Shown here one piece after another: positions 1-8,753 of a stretch of 32,000 nt of DNA. The translations under genes and the position numbers were made by a program. Under the pieces are notes generated by a model. That model saw only the letters and a program-made list of their open reading frames with translations. It was not told where the DNA came from and made no database searches. Source of the DNA: Pseudodesulfovibrio piezophilus C1TLV30 (GTDB lineage: Bacteria > Desulfobacterota > Desulfovibrionia > Desulfovibrionales > Desulfovibrionaceae); contig NC_020409.1 in NCBI RefSeq assembly GCF_000341895.1, forward strand, positions 1,110,001-1,142,000, read 5' to 3'. How positions within the stretch are numbered: position 1 is the first letter of the stretch; each line of letters begins with the position of its first letter.

Positions 1-1430
1 TCTCTTCCCAATGGTTCGACCTCAGTCTGGCCGCCTACCTACTTGACCCTGAATCGCGCAACTACACATGGCCGCGATTGCGTCAATCACTGTACCAGGA
101 TGGCCGCCCCGAATTCTCCGACGTAACAGCGGACCTGCACCCCCAGGCCAAAGGATGCGCTGCTCTTGCATACATGCGTGGTATACAAGGACAGGTTCAG
201 AGTGCCGAACTTGTTCCACTCATGCGCGATCTGGAAATTCCACTTATTCCGGCTTTGGTCGGCATGGAAAAGGCAGGTATCGGCATTGACCTCACTTCCT
301 TCAAGGAGTTTCTTGATGATGTTTCCGGCCAACTCGATAGCCTGACGCGATCCATAATCAATCACGCTGGAGAGGAATTCAATATTCGCTCCAGCCAGCA
401 GCTTGCAGTGGTGCTCTTTGACACGCTCAAGATCAAGGCAGGGTCAAAAACGGCCACAGGTAAACGCTCCACAGCCAACCAGGTTCTGGAAAAAATCAAG
501 GATGCCCACCCCATAGTCGAAGATATACTCAACTATCGCATGCTCGAAAAATTGCGCTCAACCTACCTGGAACCACTTCCCAAGCTGGTAGATAAAAACG
601 CCCGCCTGCATACTCATTTCAACCAGCTTGCCACGGCAACAGGCAGGCTCTCCAGCTCCAAGCCCAATTTACAGAATATCCCTATTCGCGGGAAATACGG
701 CCCGCGCATGAGAGCCTGCTTCACCGCTTCCGAAGGGAATCTGCTGGCTGCCGCAGACTATTCACAGATAGAATTGCGCGTACTTGCCCACTTCTCCCAA
801 GACCCGGCCCTGCTTGAAGCCTTCCGCAATGACGAGGATATTCACACACGGACAGCCGCTCTGCTCACGGACAAGTCTCCCGAAGAGGTGCTGCCTGACG
901 AGCGACGCAATGCCAAAACCATCAACTTCGGGCTTATCTATGGCATGGGAGTTCAGAAACTGGCTCGGGAACTCAAAATAAAACAGACCGAAGCCAAAGA
1001 GTTCACAGAACGCTATTTTGAAAAGCTTTCAACTCTCAAGGCCTATTACGACACCATTGTAAGCGACGCTCAGGAACACGGCTTTGTCACCACTCTTGCA
1101 GGACGTCGTCGTCTCCTCCCCGAACTACATTCCAAAAACACCATGTTGGCCAGTGAAGCACGCCGTCAGGCGGTGAATACAGTTATTCAGGGAACTGCAG
1201 CCGACATCATCAAAATGGCTATGGTCGCTGCCCATACGGACAAGCAACTGGCCGCCCTCGGTGCAAAGCTTATTCTTCAAGTACATGATGAACTGATAGT
1301 GGAAGCCCCTGAAGCACACATTGAAGCTGCTGGTGCTCGCCTTGTTGAAATCATGCAAGATGCAGCCGACCTGGCTGTTCCTCTCAAGGTTGACATGGGA
1401 GTTGCCAAAGATTGGGGCGATGCCCATTGA
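1..1430 (+). CDS. polA: DNA polymerase I, C-terminal polymerase domain (5' end outside the window)
   Basis: Frame 3 is open from the window edge, with no stop before the TTG at 78 used by the ORF track, and reads ...AAYLLDPE... Family-A polymerase motifs are present: DYSQIELRVLAH (A), RRNAKTINFGLIYG (B), QVHDELIVE (C). Confidence 0.95.
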   Translation, partial: SSQWFDLSLAAYLLDPESRNYTWPRLRQSLYQDGRPEFSDVTADLHPQAKGCAALAYMRGIQGQVQSAELVPLMRDLEIPLIPALVGMEKAGIGIDLTSFKEFLDDVSGQLDSLTRSIINHAGEEFNIRSSQQLAVVLFDTLKIKAGSKTATGKRSTANQVLEKIKDAHPIVEDILNYRMLEKLRSTYLEPLPKLVDKNARLHTHFNQLATATGRLSSSKPNLQNIPIRGKYGPRMRACFTASEGNLLAAADYSQIELRVLAHFSQDPALLEAFRNDEDIHTRTAALLTDKSPEEVLPDERRNAKTINFGLIYGMGVQKLARELKIKQTEAKEFTERYFEKLSTLKAYYDTIVSDAQEHGFVTTLAGRRRLLPELHSKNTMLASEARRQAVNTVIQGTAADIIKMAMVAAHTDKQLAALGAKLILQVHDELIVEAPEAHIEAAGARLVEIMQDAADLAVPLKVDMGVAKDWGDAH

Positions 1431-1460
1431 ATAAGGCTCTTGCCCAAGACTCAAGTCCAT

Positions 1461-1492
1461 AAAAAAAACCGCCAGCCAAGGCGGTTTTTTTT
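1461..1492. terminator. Rho-independent terminator after polA (A-tract/hairpin/T-tract, potentially bidirectional)
   Basis: A8-CCGCC-agccaa-GGCGG-T8, starting 31 nt after the polA stop. Confidence 0.85.
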
Positions 1493-1586
1493 ATGGGAAA
1501 AGAAGACAAGAAACTCTGATACCATTGAAATTTCTCTTCGGATATCCATATTTTCTTCCACTCAAAAAAGTGATACGCCCTCCTGC

Positions 1587-2180
1587 ATGAGCTATCTTAA
1601 AGAATTCAGGGCAGCAGCAAGCCGCACCCGAAAACTCGGCCTTGACGATATTGCGATGCATGAAACCCCAATGGCACTTGATCCGAGTCTCCTCAACGCT
1701 CTGGAAGCAACAGGACATATCCCTTTTGCCCAACGAGCGAAGAATGCCTTCAATGTCAATTTCGGCATGTTCCACATGGTGGCCAAGAAATTTCACATCC
1801 CAGGCGCAATCATGACCCTCGGCAATGTGAAAGTTCACGGAGAAAAACGTTTCCAGGCAACCTCCACGAGTTTCAAGGAAATCATCCGCGAGCAATCAGG
1901 AGAAGAAAACATGGGACACTATCACCTCTGGACGACCTTGCCAGGTGGGTATATTCTGGATCATGCCATTCTCCCGGGCTTACAGGCCGACGGCATTATT
2001 ACAGTGGACGACATGCTCCCGGCAGAGAGGTATTTGTATGATCATGCCGATGAACTCCCCCATGGACTGACCTATCATCCAATGATTGTCGGCCTTGAGT
2101 TCTTCGTAGCCTCGGGAACCATTGACAGGGAAGCTCTTGAATACCTCATGGGAGAACAGTTTCCCAAGCAATACCAATAG
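1587..2180 (+). CDS. Hypothetical protein, about 197 aa, no domain recognised
   Basis: This is the first ATG downstream of the polA terminator in the 1440..2180 ORF. Codon usage resembles the neighbouring genes. No obvious SD: CCTCCTGC precedes the ATG. Confidence 0.55.
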   Translation: MSYLKEFRAAASRTRKLGLDDIAMHETPMALDPSLLNALEATGHIPFAQRAKNAFNVNFGMFHMVAKKFHIPGAIMTLGNVKVHGEKRFQATSTSFKEIIREQSGEENMGHYHLWTTLPGGYILDHAILPGLQADGIITVDDMLPAERYLYDHADELPHGLTYHPMIVGLEFFVASGTIDREALEYLMGEQFPKQYQ

Positions 2181-2304
2181 CCTTTATCGCACAAGAAAAA
2201 TCTATGGCAAACAGATCTCGACACCCTAGACGGAAAGAAATAAAAAAGGCAAAAGAAGGCCTTTCCGGACGACACTGCGTTCTGAACAGAACACACATTC
2301 AATT

Positions 2305-3942
2305 ATGGACGCCCTCCTTGCCAAGGCAGGGTCATATATTATACCCATCCCCTCAATCATGACAAAATCCAACGAATCATATTCTCTGCGGCTGGACGTC
2401 CTCGCTTTGGTGATCATCGCCATCTCTTTTGCGATCAGATACTGGTTTGTGGCTACCGGCCAACTCAACCTCGTACAAGATGAAGCCCAGTATTGGGATT
2501 GGATTCGACGCCCGCAGCTTTCCTATTATTCCAAAGGCCCACTGATCGCCTGGGTCATTTCCACCTGGTGCTCTGTTTTCGGCTCCACAGAACTGGGAGT
2601 CCGATTCGGTGCAGTCCTCGGGATGACTGGTATCCAAACCGCGCTTTATATTGGTATCTCAAGAGTCTGGCGCGAATACCGCTTGGCTCTCTATGTCCTT
2701 TTCATAGCGGCCACCTTACCGTTGCTCAATGGACTGGGTATACTCATGACCACGGACAACCCGCTCATCTTCTGCTGGACCGTGGCTTTTTTCGCACTCT
2801 CTGCCGCAACGCGGAACAAACCGGATCAAACTCCGGGCAATACCCCCTTCGTCATCCTGGCGATTGTCCTGGCGCTGGGCATTCTGGCCAAATACATGAT
2901 GCTCGCGTTCCTGGTCATCGCCACGATCTACGCCCTTATTCTTCAATTCCGAGGCCAGATGCCGAAGCGATTCTGGCAACGATTTGCCTTGGCCTCCCTG
3001 GTCGGCACTCTTGTGGGACTCACTCCCATCCTGATCTGGAATATGGGCAACGATTGGGTCGGTTTCAAGCATGTGGCAAAATTATCTACAGGAGAATCCA
3101 AGGCTTTCAAAATTCGCCTTATGCCGTTTCTCGAGATGTTCGGAGCGCAAGTGGGCCTGCTGGCACCTTGGTGGTTCTCTCTCATCATGATCGGCGGCTG
3201 GCGTGCAGTGAAAAAATCAATCATCGGTCCCATCGGAGCCTTTGATGAAAAATACCGGCACGCTCTTCAGGCCGCCCTCTTCTTTTGGCCCTTGTGGCTG
3301 ACCATTACATTTTGGGCGCTTAAATCCAAAACCGAAGCGAACTGGACTGCGGTTTCGTTCATGGCAGCAGCCATTGTGGGCGGTATGGCCTTCAAGAAAT
3401 GGTGGACAAAACCGAACCGCAGCCGCCGTGGCCGTCAGATACTTGTTGGAGTTGCCACTCTTTTGACCCTTTTCATCTTCGTCTCGCCCCTTGCTCCTTT
3501 GCCAGCACAATACAACCTGACAAAGCGCCTCAAAGGGTGGGAAGGGCTCGGTCTGGAAATGCAACGGCTCGCTGCCGCCGAATTCGAAAATCCGAACCAT
3601 GTCTTCTTTTTCAGCAACAAGTATGACATCACGTCTGAACTTGCGTTTTACACCCCCGGCCAACCATTCACCTATTGCCTGTGGACACCTGACCGACGCA
3701 TGAATCAATATGACCTCTGGCCCGGACCTGACGAAACAAAAATCGGATGGGATGCCATCATGGTTCGTAAACGTTTCACGAACTCACCCATCCCGCGCGA
3801 GACGCTTGACCTCTTTGAATCCGTCAGTCCGCCGATATTTTTTGAGTCGAGCTTCCATGACCAACCTGCTCGCAAATTCACCCTCCACCTCTGCCGGGGA
3901 TTCAAAGGACAATGGCCTGTCCACTCCTCTCATAGATTCTAA
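2305..3942 (+). CDS. Polytopic membrane glycosyltransferase, ArnT/PMT-like (GT39/GT83 type)
   Basis: About 12 hydrophobic segments. The N-terminal loop motif DEAQYWDW...YYSKGPLIAW is typical of ArnT-like undecaprenyl-phosphate-sugar transferases, and there is a soluble C-terminal domain. The start could instead be the ATG at 2359. Confidence 0.8.
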   Translation: MDALLAKAGSYIIPIPSIMTKSNESYSLRLDVLALVIIAISFAIRYWFVATGQLNLVQDEAQYWDWIRRPQLSYYSKGPLIAWVISTWCSVFGSTELGVRFGAVLGMTGIQTALYIGISRVWREYRLALYVLFIAATLPLLNGLGILMTTDNPLIFCWTVAFFALSAATRNKPDQTPGNTPFVILAIVLALGILAKYMMLAFLVIATIYALILQFRGQMPKRFWQRFALASLVGTLVGLTPILIWNMGNDWVGFKHVAKLSTGESKAFKIRLMPFLEMFGAQVGLLAPWWFSLIMIGGWRAVKKSIIGPIGAFDEKYRHALQAALFFWPLWLTITFWALKSKTEANWTAVSFMAAAIVGGMAFKKWWTKPNRSRRGRQILVGVATLLTLFIFVSPLAPLPAQYNLTKRLKGWEGLGLEMQRLAAAEFENPNHVFFFSNKYDITSELAFYTPGQPFTYCLWTPDRRMNQYDLWPGPDETKIGWDAIMVRKRFTNSPIPRETLDLFESVSPPIFFESSFHDQPARKFTLHLCRGFKGQWPVHSSHRF

Positions 3943-3972
3943 TCTATTTTTAATAGATAAAGAGCTTTGATA

Positions 3973-4014
3973 GGGCCAGAAATCCACTGTCTGTGGGTTT
4001 CGGCCCTTTTTTTT
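3973..4014 (+). terminator. Rho-independent terminator after the glycosyltransferase gene
   Basis: GGGCCaGAAATCCAC-tgtct-GTGGGTTTCGGCCC followed by T8. Confidence 0.8.
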
Positions 4015-4131
4015 AAAAATACTTTTCCATATTACCATTGAGGAATAACGCAATTCACCTATCTGATGGTCGTGGCAAGTTTTTTGCTTATCGCATGAAG
4101 ACAAACAGACAGAACTGTCCAAGGATCGACC

Positions 4132-4929
4132 ATGCGAAGTATGACCATTCTTTTATTGTGTTTAGTCCCGCTCGGGCTACCAGGGTGTGCAGCTGTTCCA
4201 TTTGGCCTTGGATTGATACCGGGAGCACCATCCTATGTTTCTTCCCTCATAGGAAATGGGCAGACCGTCTACGAAACAGCAGTGGATGAACGGACCACCC
4301 GTCAACAGATGCTTGATGCCATCATTGCAGGCCATGCACAGGCGGAATTGTATAAAAACAAAGAGATTCGGCCAAATCAGATCACAACCCATTGCTACTT
4401 CGGAAAAGTCTATCTCGTGGGTGAGTATGATGACCAGGAACAACTTCGTACTATTTACAAATGCATGGAGACAGTGAAGGACAAACGCGGCATCATCAAT
4501 CGCCTCTACTTGAAAGACACCGAGCACAAGACGGACTTCTTGAGCAATCAGACAACCATGACCGAACTCAAAGCACAGCTTTTGGCTGATTTTAAAGTCA
4601 CAAGCTCCCCGGTGAAAGTGGAAATAGTACACGATGACATTATCCTGCTCGGCGTTATTTCCGATAAAACCGAACGGGACCGCATCATGGCCCATGCTCT
4701 AAATTCCGTTCAACAAGGTCGTGTGGTATCATATCTATATCATCAGGAGAATGCCGGTCCCCAGCCGCGCATCATGAGTGCGGGATTACCAAGCCTGAAT
4801 ACCGCAGCCGCACCGAGTCCACCAGAGAAAGGCCCACAACGGCACACCATAAAGGATATCCCTCACACCATAGCCAGCGCCACCCCCACAGTCCCATTGG
4901 TCGTCAATGGCAGAATCTCAGGTCTCTGA
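4132..4929 (+). CDS. Lipoprotein with two BON-like domains (OsmY/DolP-like) and a Pro-rich tail
   Basis: Signal peptide MRSMTILLLCLVPLGLPG|C with a lipobox-like LPGC. Two BON-like segments (...HCYFGKVYLVGEYDDQEQL..., ...VEIVHDDIILLGVISDKTERDRI...). SD AAGGA lies upstream. Confidence 0.7.
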   Translation: MRSMTILLLCLVPLGLPGCAAVPFGLGLIPGAPSYVSSLIGNGQTVYETAVDERTTRQQMLDAIIAGHAQAELYKNKEIRPNQITTHCYFGKVYLVGEYDDQEQLRTIYKCMETVKDKRGIINRLYLKDTEHKTDFLSNQTTMTELKAQLLADFKVTSSPVKVEIVHDDIILLGVISDKTERDRIMAHALNSVQQGRVVSYLYHQENAGPQPRIMSAGLPSLNTAAAPSPPEKGPQRHTIKDIPHTIASATPTVPLVVNGRISGL

Positions 4930-4991
4930 CACTGTACTGCGCCACCTTGACCCAAAGTTGACAGGAACAGCACATGGGACTGCGGGAAAAG

Positions 4992-5771
4992 TCACATCCG
5001 GCCCCACCACACCAGGATTTGCTTCCCGTAAAGGATGGAAAGCATGCAACCAAGGCTAAGGAATGGTCCATAGGGAATAGGTTTGGCAAACACGTCACGT
5101 CCCATCCGGAGAGCCATGATGCCGAGGGCGAGATAGCTGAGCACGCCTGTCAGCACTATAGTGACAGGCAACCCTTCCACTCCGACCATGGCCCCTATCA
5201 TGGCCATGAGTTTCACATCACCGAGGCCAACTCCGAACTTGCCCCGCCATACATACAGTCGCTCTATGACCCAAAAGGCCAGAGCTCCGACAAGACAGCC
5301 TATCATGGCGCTCTGCCAGCCCGGAGTCTTGAGGAGAAAGGCCGTTGCAAGCGCGAGGGATGTGCCCCCAAGAGTGATTCTGTCAGGGAGAAGAAAGGTC
5401 TCAAAGTCAATGAAACTCCCCGCAATTAGCATGGTGCCGAGCACGAGGTGGATTCCCCATGCAAGAGAAAAACCATGCAGATTCACGAGCGCAAGTGACC
5501 ATGCAAGGCAGGAAATCTCGACCAGAAGGTATTGCGCTCCGATACGCGCCTGACAATGCCGACAGCGCCCCCTGAGCAGAAAATAACTCATTATTGGGAG
5601 CGTATCGCGCCACTCAAGCTTGCTTTGGCAGGCCGGGCAGATGGATCGTCCAGGGCGACAAATAGGAACGTTATCGATCCAACGTTGAATAAAAATGGAA
5701 GACAGACCACCAAGCTCCAGCCCAATGACCGCTGCTGCTATATAAAAGAAATACGGAGGGAGTTGATCCAT
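4992..5771 (-). CDS. Type IV prepilin peptidase (peptidase A24, PilD/GspO type)
   Basis: N-terminal CxxC...CxxC segment (CPACQSKLEWRDTLPIMSYFLLRGRCRHCQ). Catalytic Asp contexts FIDFETFLLPD and GLGDVKLMAMIG. I chose the start at MDQLPPY (AAGGA SD 6 nt upstream) over the SD-less ATG at 5801. Confidence 0.85.
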   Translation of the reverse strand: MDQLPPYFFYIAAAVIGLELGGLSSIFIQRWIDNVPICRPGRSICPACQSKLEWRDTLPIMSYFLLRGRCRHCQARIGAQYLLVEISCLAWSLALVNLHGFSLAWGIHLVLGTMLIAGSFIDFETFLLPDRITLGGTSLALATAFLLKTPGWQSAMIGCLVGALAFWVIERLYVWRGKFGVGLGDVKLMAMIGAMVGVEGLPVTIVLTGVLSYLALGIMALRMGRDVFAKPIPYGPFLSLGCMLSILYGKQILVWWGRM

Positions 5772-5905
5772 GAAGAGTCCTTGCCTCTTGAAGAATGCCA
5801 TCTTTTACTGCATGAATACCGCGAGGGCGATGCTTCCCAACACCTACCGGAATTGACCGGAGGAGACAAGGGGAAGCCCCTGATGTAACGCAAAAGGAGA
5901 CATTG

Positions 5906-7195
5906 ATGACCCACCGCTTCATCCCCGATCTGACCGAGGAGCACATTGCCGATAAACAGCTGACCGGCCTTCAATGGACGGCCCGGCATGCCTTTGACGG
6001 CAGCCCTTTCTACAGATCACGCATGAAATCACAGGGGGTCGTTCCCGAAGATATCAGAACCCTGGAGGATATACGCAAACTCCCCTTCACCACGGCGGAA
6101 GACCTCAAGGATGGCTACCCGATGCCTCTGCTCTCCGTTCCCGAAGCAGATGTTGTTCGCATCCATGGCTCCAGTGGAACCACAGGTAAACGCAAAATTC
6201 TCGCGTATACGAAAAACGATCTTGATCTCTGGCAGGATATGTTTGCCCGCTGTTACGAACTGGCAGGCCTGACGGTCGAGGACAGGGTTCAGATTTGTGT
6301 AGGGTATGGATTATGGACAGCAGGAGCAGGGTTTCAACTCGGCTGTGAGCGGTTCGGGGCCATGGCACTCCCGGTCGGACCTGGCTTGCTCGAAATTCAA
6401 TTGCAAATGCTTACAGACTTACGCTCCACCTGTTTATGTTCCACAGCGTCTATGGCCCTCCTTATGGGAGAAGAAGTGCAAAAGCAGGGATTATTCGATC
6501 GGGTGGCTCTCAAAAAAGCCATTTTCGGAGCAGAAACCCATACCACAAAAATGCGCAAACAATTCGAGGAATCCCTCGGTCTGGAACACAGCTTCGATAT
6601 TATCGGTATGACAGAACTCTACGGCCCCGGAACCGGGTTGGAGTGCATGGCGCACGAGGGAATCCATTATTGGGCGGACCTCTACATCATGGAAATTCTC
6701 GACCCGGAGACCCTCACCCCCGTCGCCCCCGGCGAGGTAGGGGAAATGGTTGTGACCAGCCTGCAAAAAGAAGCCTCCCCATTGATTCGATACCGTACCC
6801 GCGATCTGACCAGACTGATTCCCGGCGCGTGTTCCTGTGGAGTGTCCATGCCCCGTGTGGACAAGATCATGGGACGAAGTGACGACATGTTCATTTTTCG
6901 AGGTGTCAATATTTACCCCGGCCAGATCGGATCAGTCCTCGGCAGCTTTGATGACCTGTCTGCCGAATATCAGATATCACTGACCCGTCGTGATGGCCTT
7001 GACCACATGTCTGTCAGCGTCGAACATGGTCCACAGGCGTCACGCGAAACCTCTACTGCACTGGCCCGCAAGGTTTCAGAAGAGATCAGAAAACATATTC
7101 TGGTCCGCAGTGATGTCAGAATACTTGGTCCAGGCGAACTGCCACGCAGCTTTGCCAAAACAAAACGGGTCCAGGACGAACGAGGGACAGACTGA
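5906..7195 (+). CDS. paaK: Phenylacetate-CoA ligase family adenylate-forming enzyme (PaaK / F390-synthetase-like)
   Basis: P-loop HGSSGTTGKRK, a PaaK-like N-terminus (...GSPFYRSRM...LPFTTAEDLKDGYP...), and a C-terminal lid domain. SD AAGGAGA sits 5 nt before the ATG at 5906. The substrate cannot be inferred. Confidence 0.8.
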   Translation: MTHRFIPDLTEEHIADKQLTGLQWTARHAFDGSPFYRSRMKSQGVVPEDIRTLEDIRKLPFTTAEDLKDGYPMPLLSVPEADVVRIHGSSGTTGKRKILAYTKNDLDLWQDMFARCYELAGLTVEDRVQICVGYGLWTAGAGFQLGCERFGAMALPVGPGLLEIQLQMLTDLRSTCLCSTASMALLMGEEVQKQGLFDRVALKKAIFGAETHTTKMRKQFEESLGLEHSFDIIGMTELYGPGTGLECMAHEGIHYWADLYIMEILDPETLTPVAPGEVGEMVVTSLQKEASPLIRYRTRDLTRLIPGACSCGVSMPRVDKIMGRSDDMFIFRGVNIYPGQIGSVLGSFDDLSAEYQISLTRRDGLDHMSVSVEHGPQASRETSTALARKVSEEIRKHILVRSDVRILGPGELPRSFAKTKRVQDERGTD

Positions 7196-8742
7196 TGCCC
7201 AGCCTGTCAGATCAAGCAGATCGCCATGTCATCATTGACCGACGTCAAGGAGAGTATATCTGCTTTCCAGATGTCATCCGCCTCCGGAATGGACAGCTTC
7301 TCATCGCCTATAACGAGGCAGACCAGCATGTCACCCCAAGCCGGAGGGCTCTTCTTGTCAAACACAGCCTGGATAATGGCAGAACCTGGGGAAAAGCCAC
7401 TCGCATAGGGGATGCTGTCTCTCATTGCCCCAGACTTGTCCAGATGGACGATGACATGGTGCTGCTTTCAGACAGCAATGGATTATTCCACTTCAGCAAG
7501 GATAACGGCCGAACGTGGGAGAGTCAAAGAGCAAATGCACTGGCCCATGATATGATAGACAAGGTGATTGACCTTGGTGACGACCTGCTCCTGACAACTG
7601 GACACATGCATCGCGGCACATATCCGCAACCGGCCATACGGCAAGCTCCTGCGGAACAAATGGCATATCGTTCCGAAGATCGAGGAGCCAACTGGCAGCC
7701 AATATCCGCTCTTGCCCGCGAACGGAATCTCGTCCTGTGCGAAGCTTCTATGGTTCGCCTGCCTGACAAGCGAATTCTCGCCCTAATGCGTGAGAACAGC
7801 TTTGTCTATGAACCGATGTATGCATGCTTAAGTGACGATGATGGGGACACATGGACCGATCCGACACCGACCCCCCTCATTGGTCACCGTCCGACTTTGG
7901 GCCTGGTGGACGACTCCAGGCTCCTGGTCACCTACCGCAATGTCGCACCCGACCCCGGAACCTGTGCATGGACCGGAAGCCTCGAAGAATTAATGAGTGA
8001 CTTCGCTGTGCAGGGACGTCATGAAGATCAGACCAACCCGAAATTGAGCAATGAGGGATTAAAGGTCGTCAATGATGAAGGAAGCGAATCCGTTGTCCGA
8101 TACGCCCTTCGCCCAATGACTGATCCCCGCTCCGCTCGGGCAACCCTTGAAGCCAGAGTACGTGTAGACACAGCCGGACCGAACGGCTGTGGCCTCCGCC
8201 TCGGTATCTGGTGGTATCTCTTCCCGGATCATATCCTCCCGGAAGGAGAAGATCAGGCACCCATGGCAATCCCCCCAGATCAATTCAATACAATCCGGTT
8301 GGAATATGCAGACGGCACAGTTTCACTTTTCGTCAATGACACTTTTCAGACACAAATCACCGTCAACAGAGACCACGCCAACACACGCCCCATCCTTTTC
8401 GGCGCACCCTACCCTTTTGAAGACAACGCCGTCTCCTGTATATGGGAAAGTGTCAGCTTGACAATCAGGGAGCCATGCCGAGGTCGGGACTACTCATGGC
8501 AATGGCAGGCACAAAGCGACGGATTCCCAGACCAGTGGGCGCTTGATGCCATACTGGAACTGAAAAACGATCGGCATGCTGCGGCCCCGGATTTTGGGTA
8601 TTCAGGCTGGGCCATGCTGGATGATGGGACATTTTATGGAGTCTACCATCATGGTGGTGGGACGGATGACGAATATGAGCCATTGTTCTCGGCCCATATT
8701 CAAGGAACATATTTCTCTCTTAAAGATTTCGGAATAGAATAA
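7195..8742 (+). CDS. BNR/Asp-box repeat protein (sialidase-fold beta-propeller), no signal peptide
   Basis: Four Asp-boxes: SLDNGRTW, SKDNGRTW, SEDRGANW, SDDDGDTW. Its ATG overlaps the paaK stop (TGATG at 7193-7197). Confidence 0.75.
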   Translation: MPSLSDQADRHVIIDRRQGEYICFPDVIRLRNGQLLIAYNEADQHVTPSRRALLVKHSLDNGRTWGKATRIGDAVSHCPRLVQMDDDMVLLSDSNGLFHFSKDNGRTWESQRANALAHDMIDKVIDLGDDLLLTTGHMHRGTYPQPAIRQAPAEQMAYRSEDRGANWQPISALARERNLVLCEASMVRLPDKRILALMRENSFVYEPMYACLSDDDGDTWTDPTPTPLIGHRPTLGLVDDSRLLVTYRNVAPDPGTCAWTGSLEELMSDFAVQGRHEDQTNPKLSNEGLKVVNDEGSESVVRYALRPMTDPRSARATLEARVRVDTAGPNGCGLRLGIWWYLFPDHILPEGEDQAPMAIPPDQFNTIRLEYADGTVSLFVNDTFQTQITVNRDHANTRPILFGAPYPFEDNAVSCIWESVSLTIREPCRGRDYSWQWQAQSDGFPDQWALDAILELKNDRHAAAPDFGYSGWAMLDDGTFYGVYHHGGGTDDEYEPLFSAHIQGTYFSLKDFGIE

Positions 8743-8753
8743 AACCGGACGAA

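Noticed and set aside
1440-1586. Upstream 49 codons of the 1440..2180 ORF
   Set aside because: This part runs straight through the polA rho-independent terminator (1461-1492) and has no ATG. The first ATG after the terminator (1587) is the more sensible start.
2493-3245. 250-aa alternative-frame ORF inside the glycosyltransferase gene
   Set aside because: It is on the same strand in a +1 frame with Arg/Pro/His-rich, non-membrane composition. The frame starting at 2305 gives a coherent polytopic GT39-like protein.
4974-5553. Plus-strand ORFs of 130-151 aa opposite the prepilin peptidase gene
   Set aside because: They are antisense to a well-supported membrane-protein gene, and their His/Pro/Arg-rich composition is typical of shadow ORFs.
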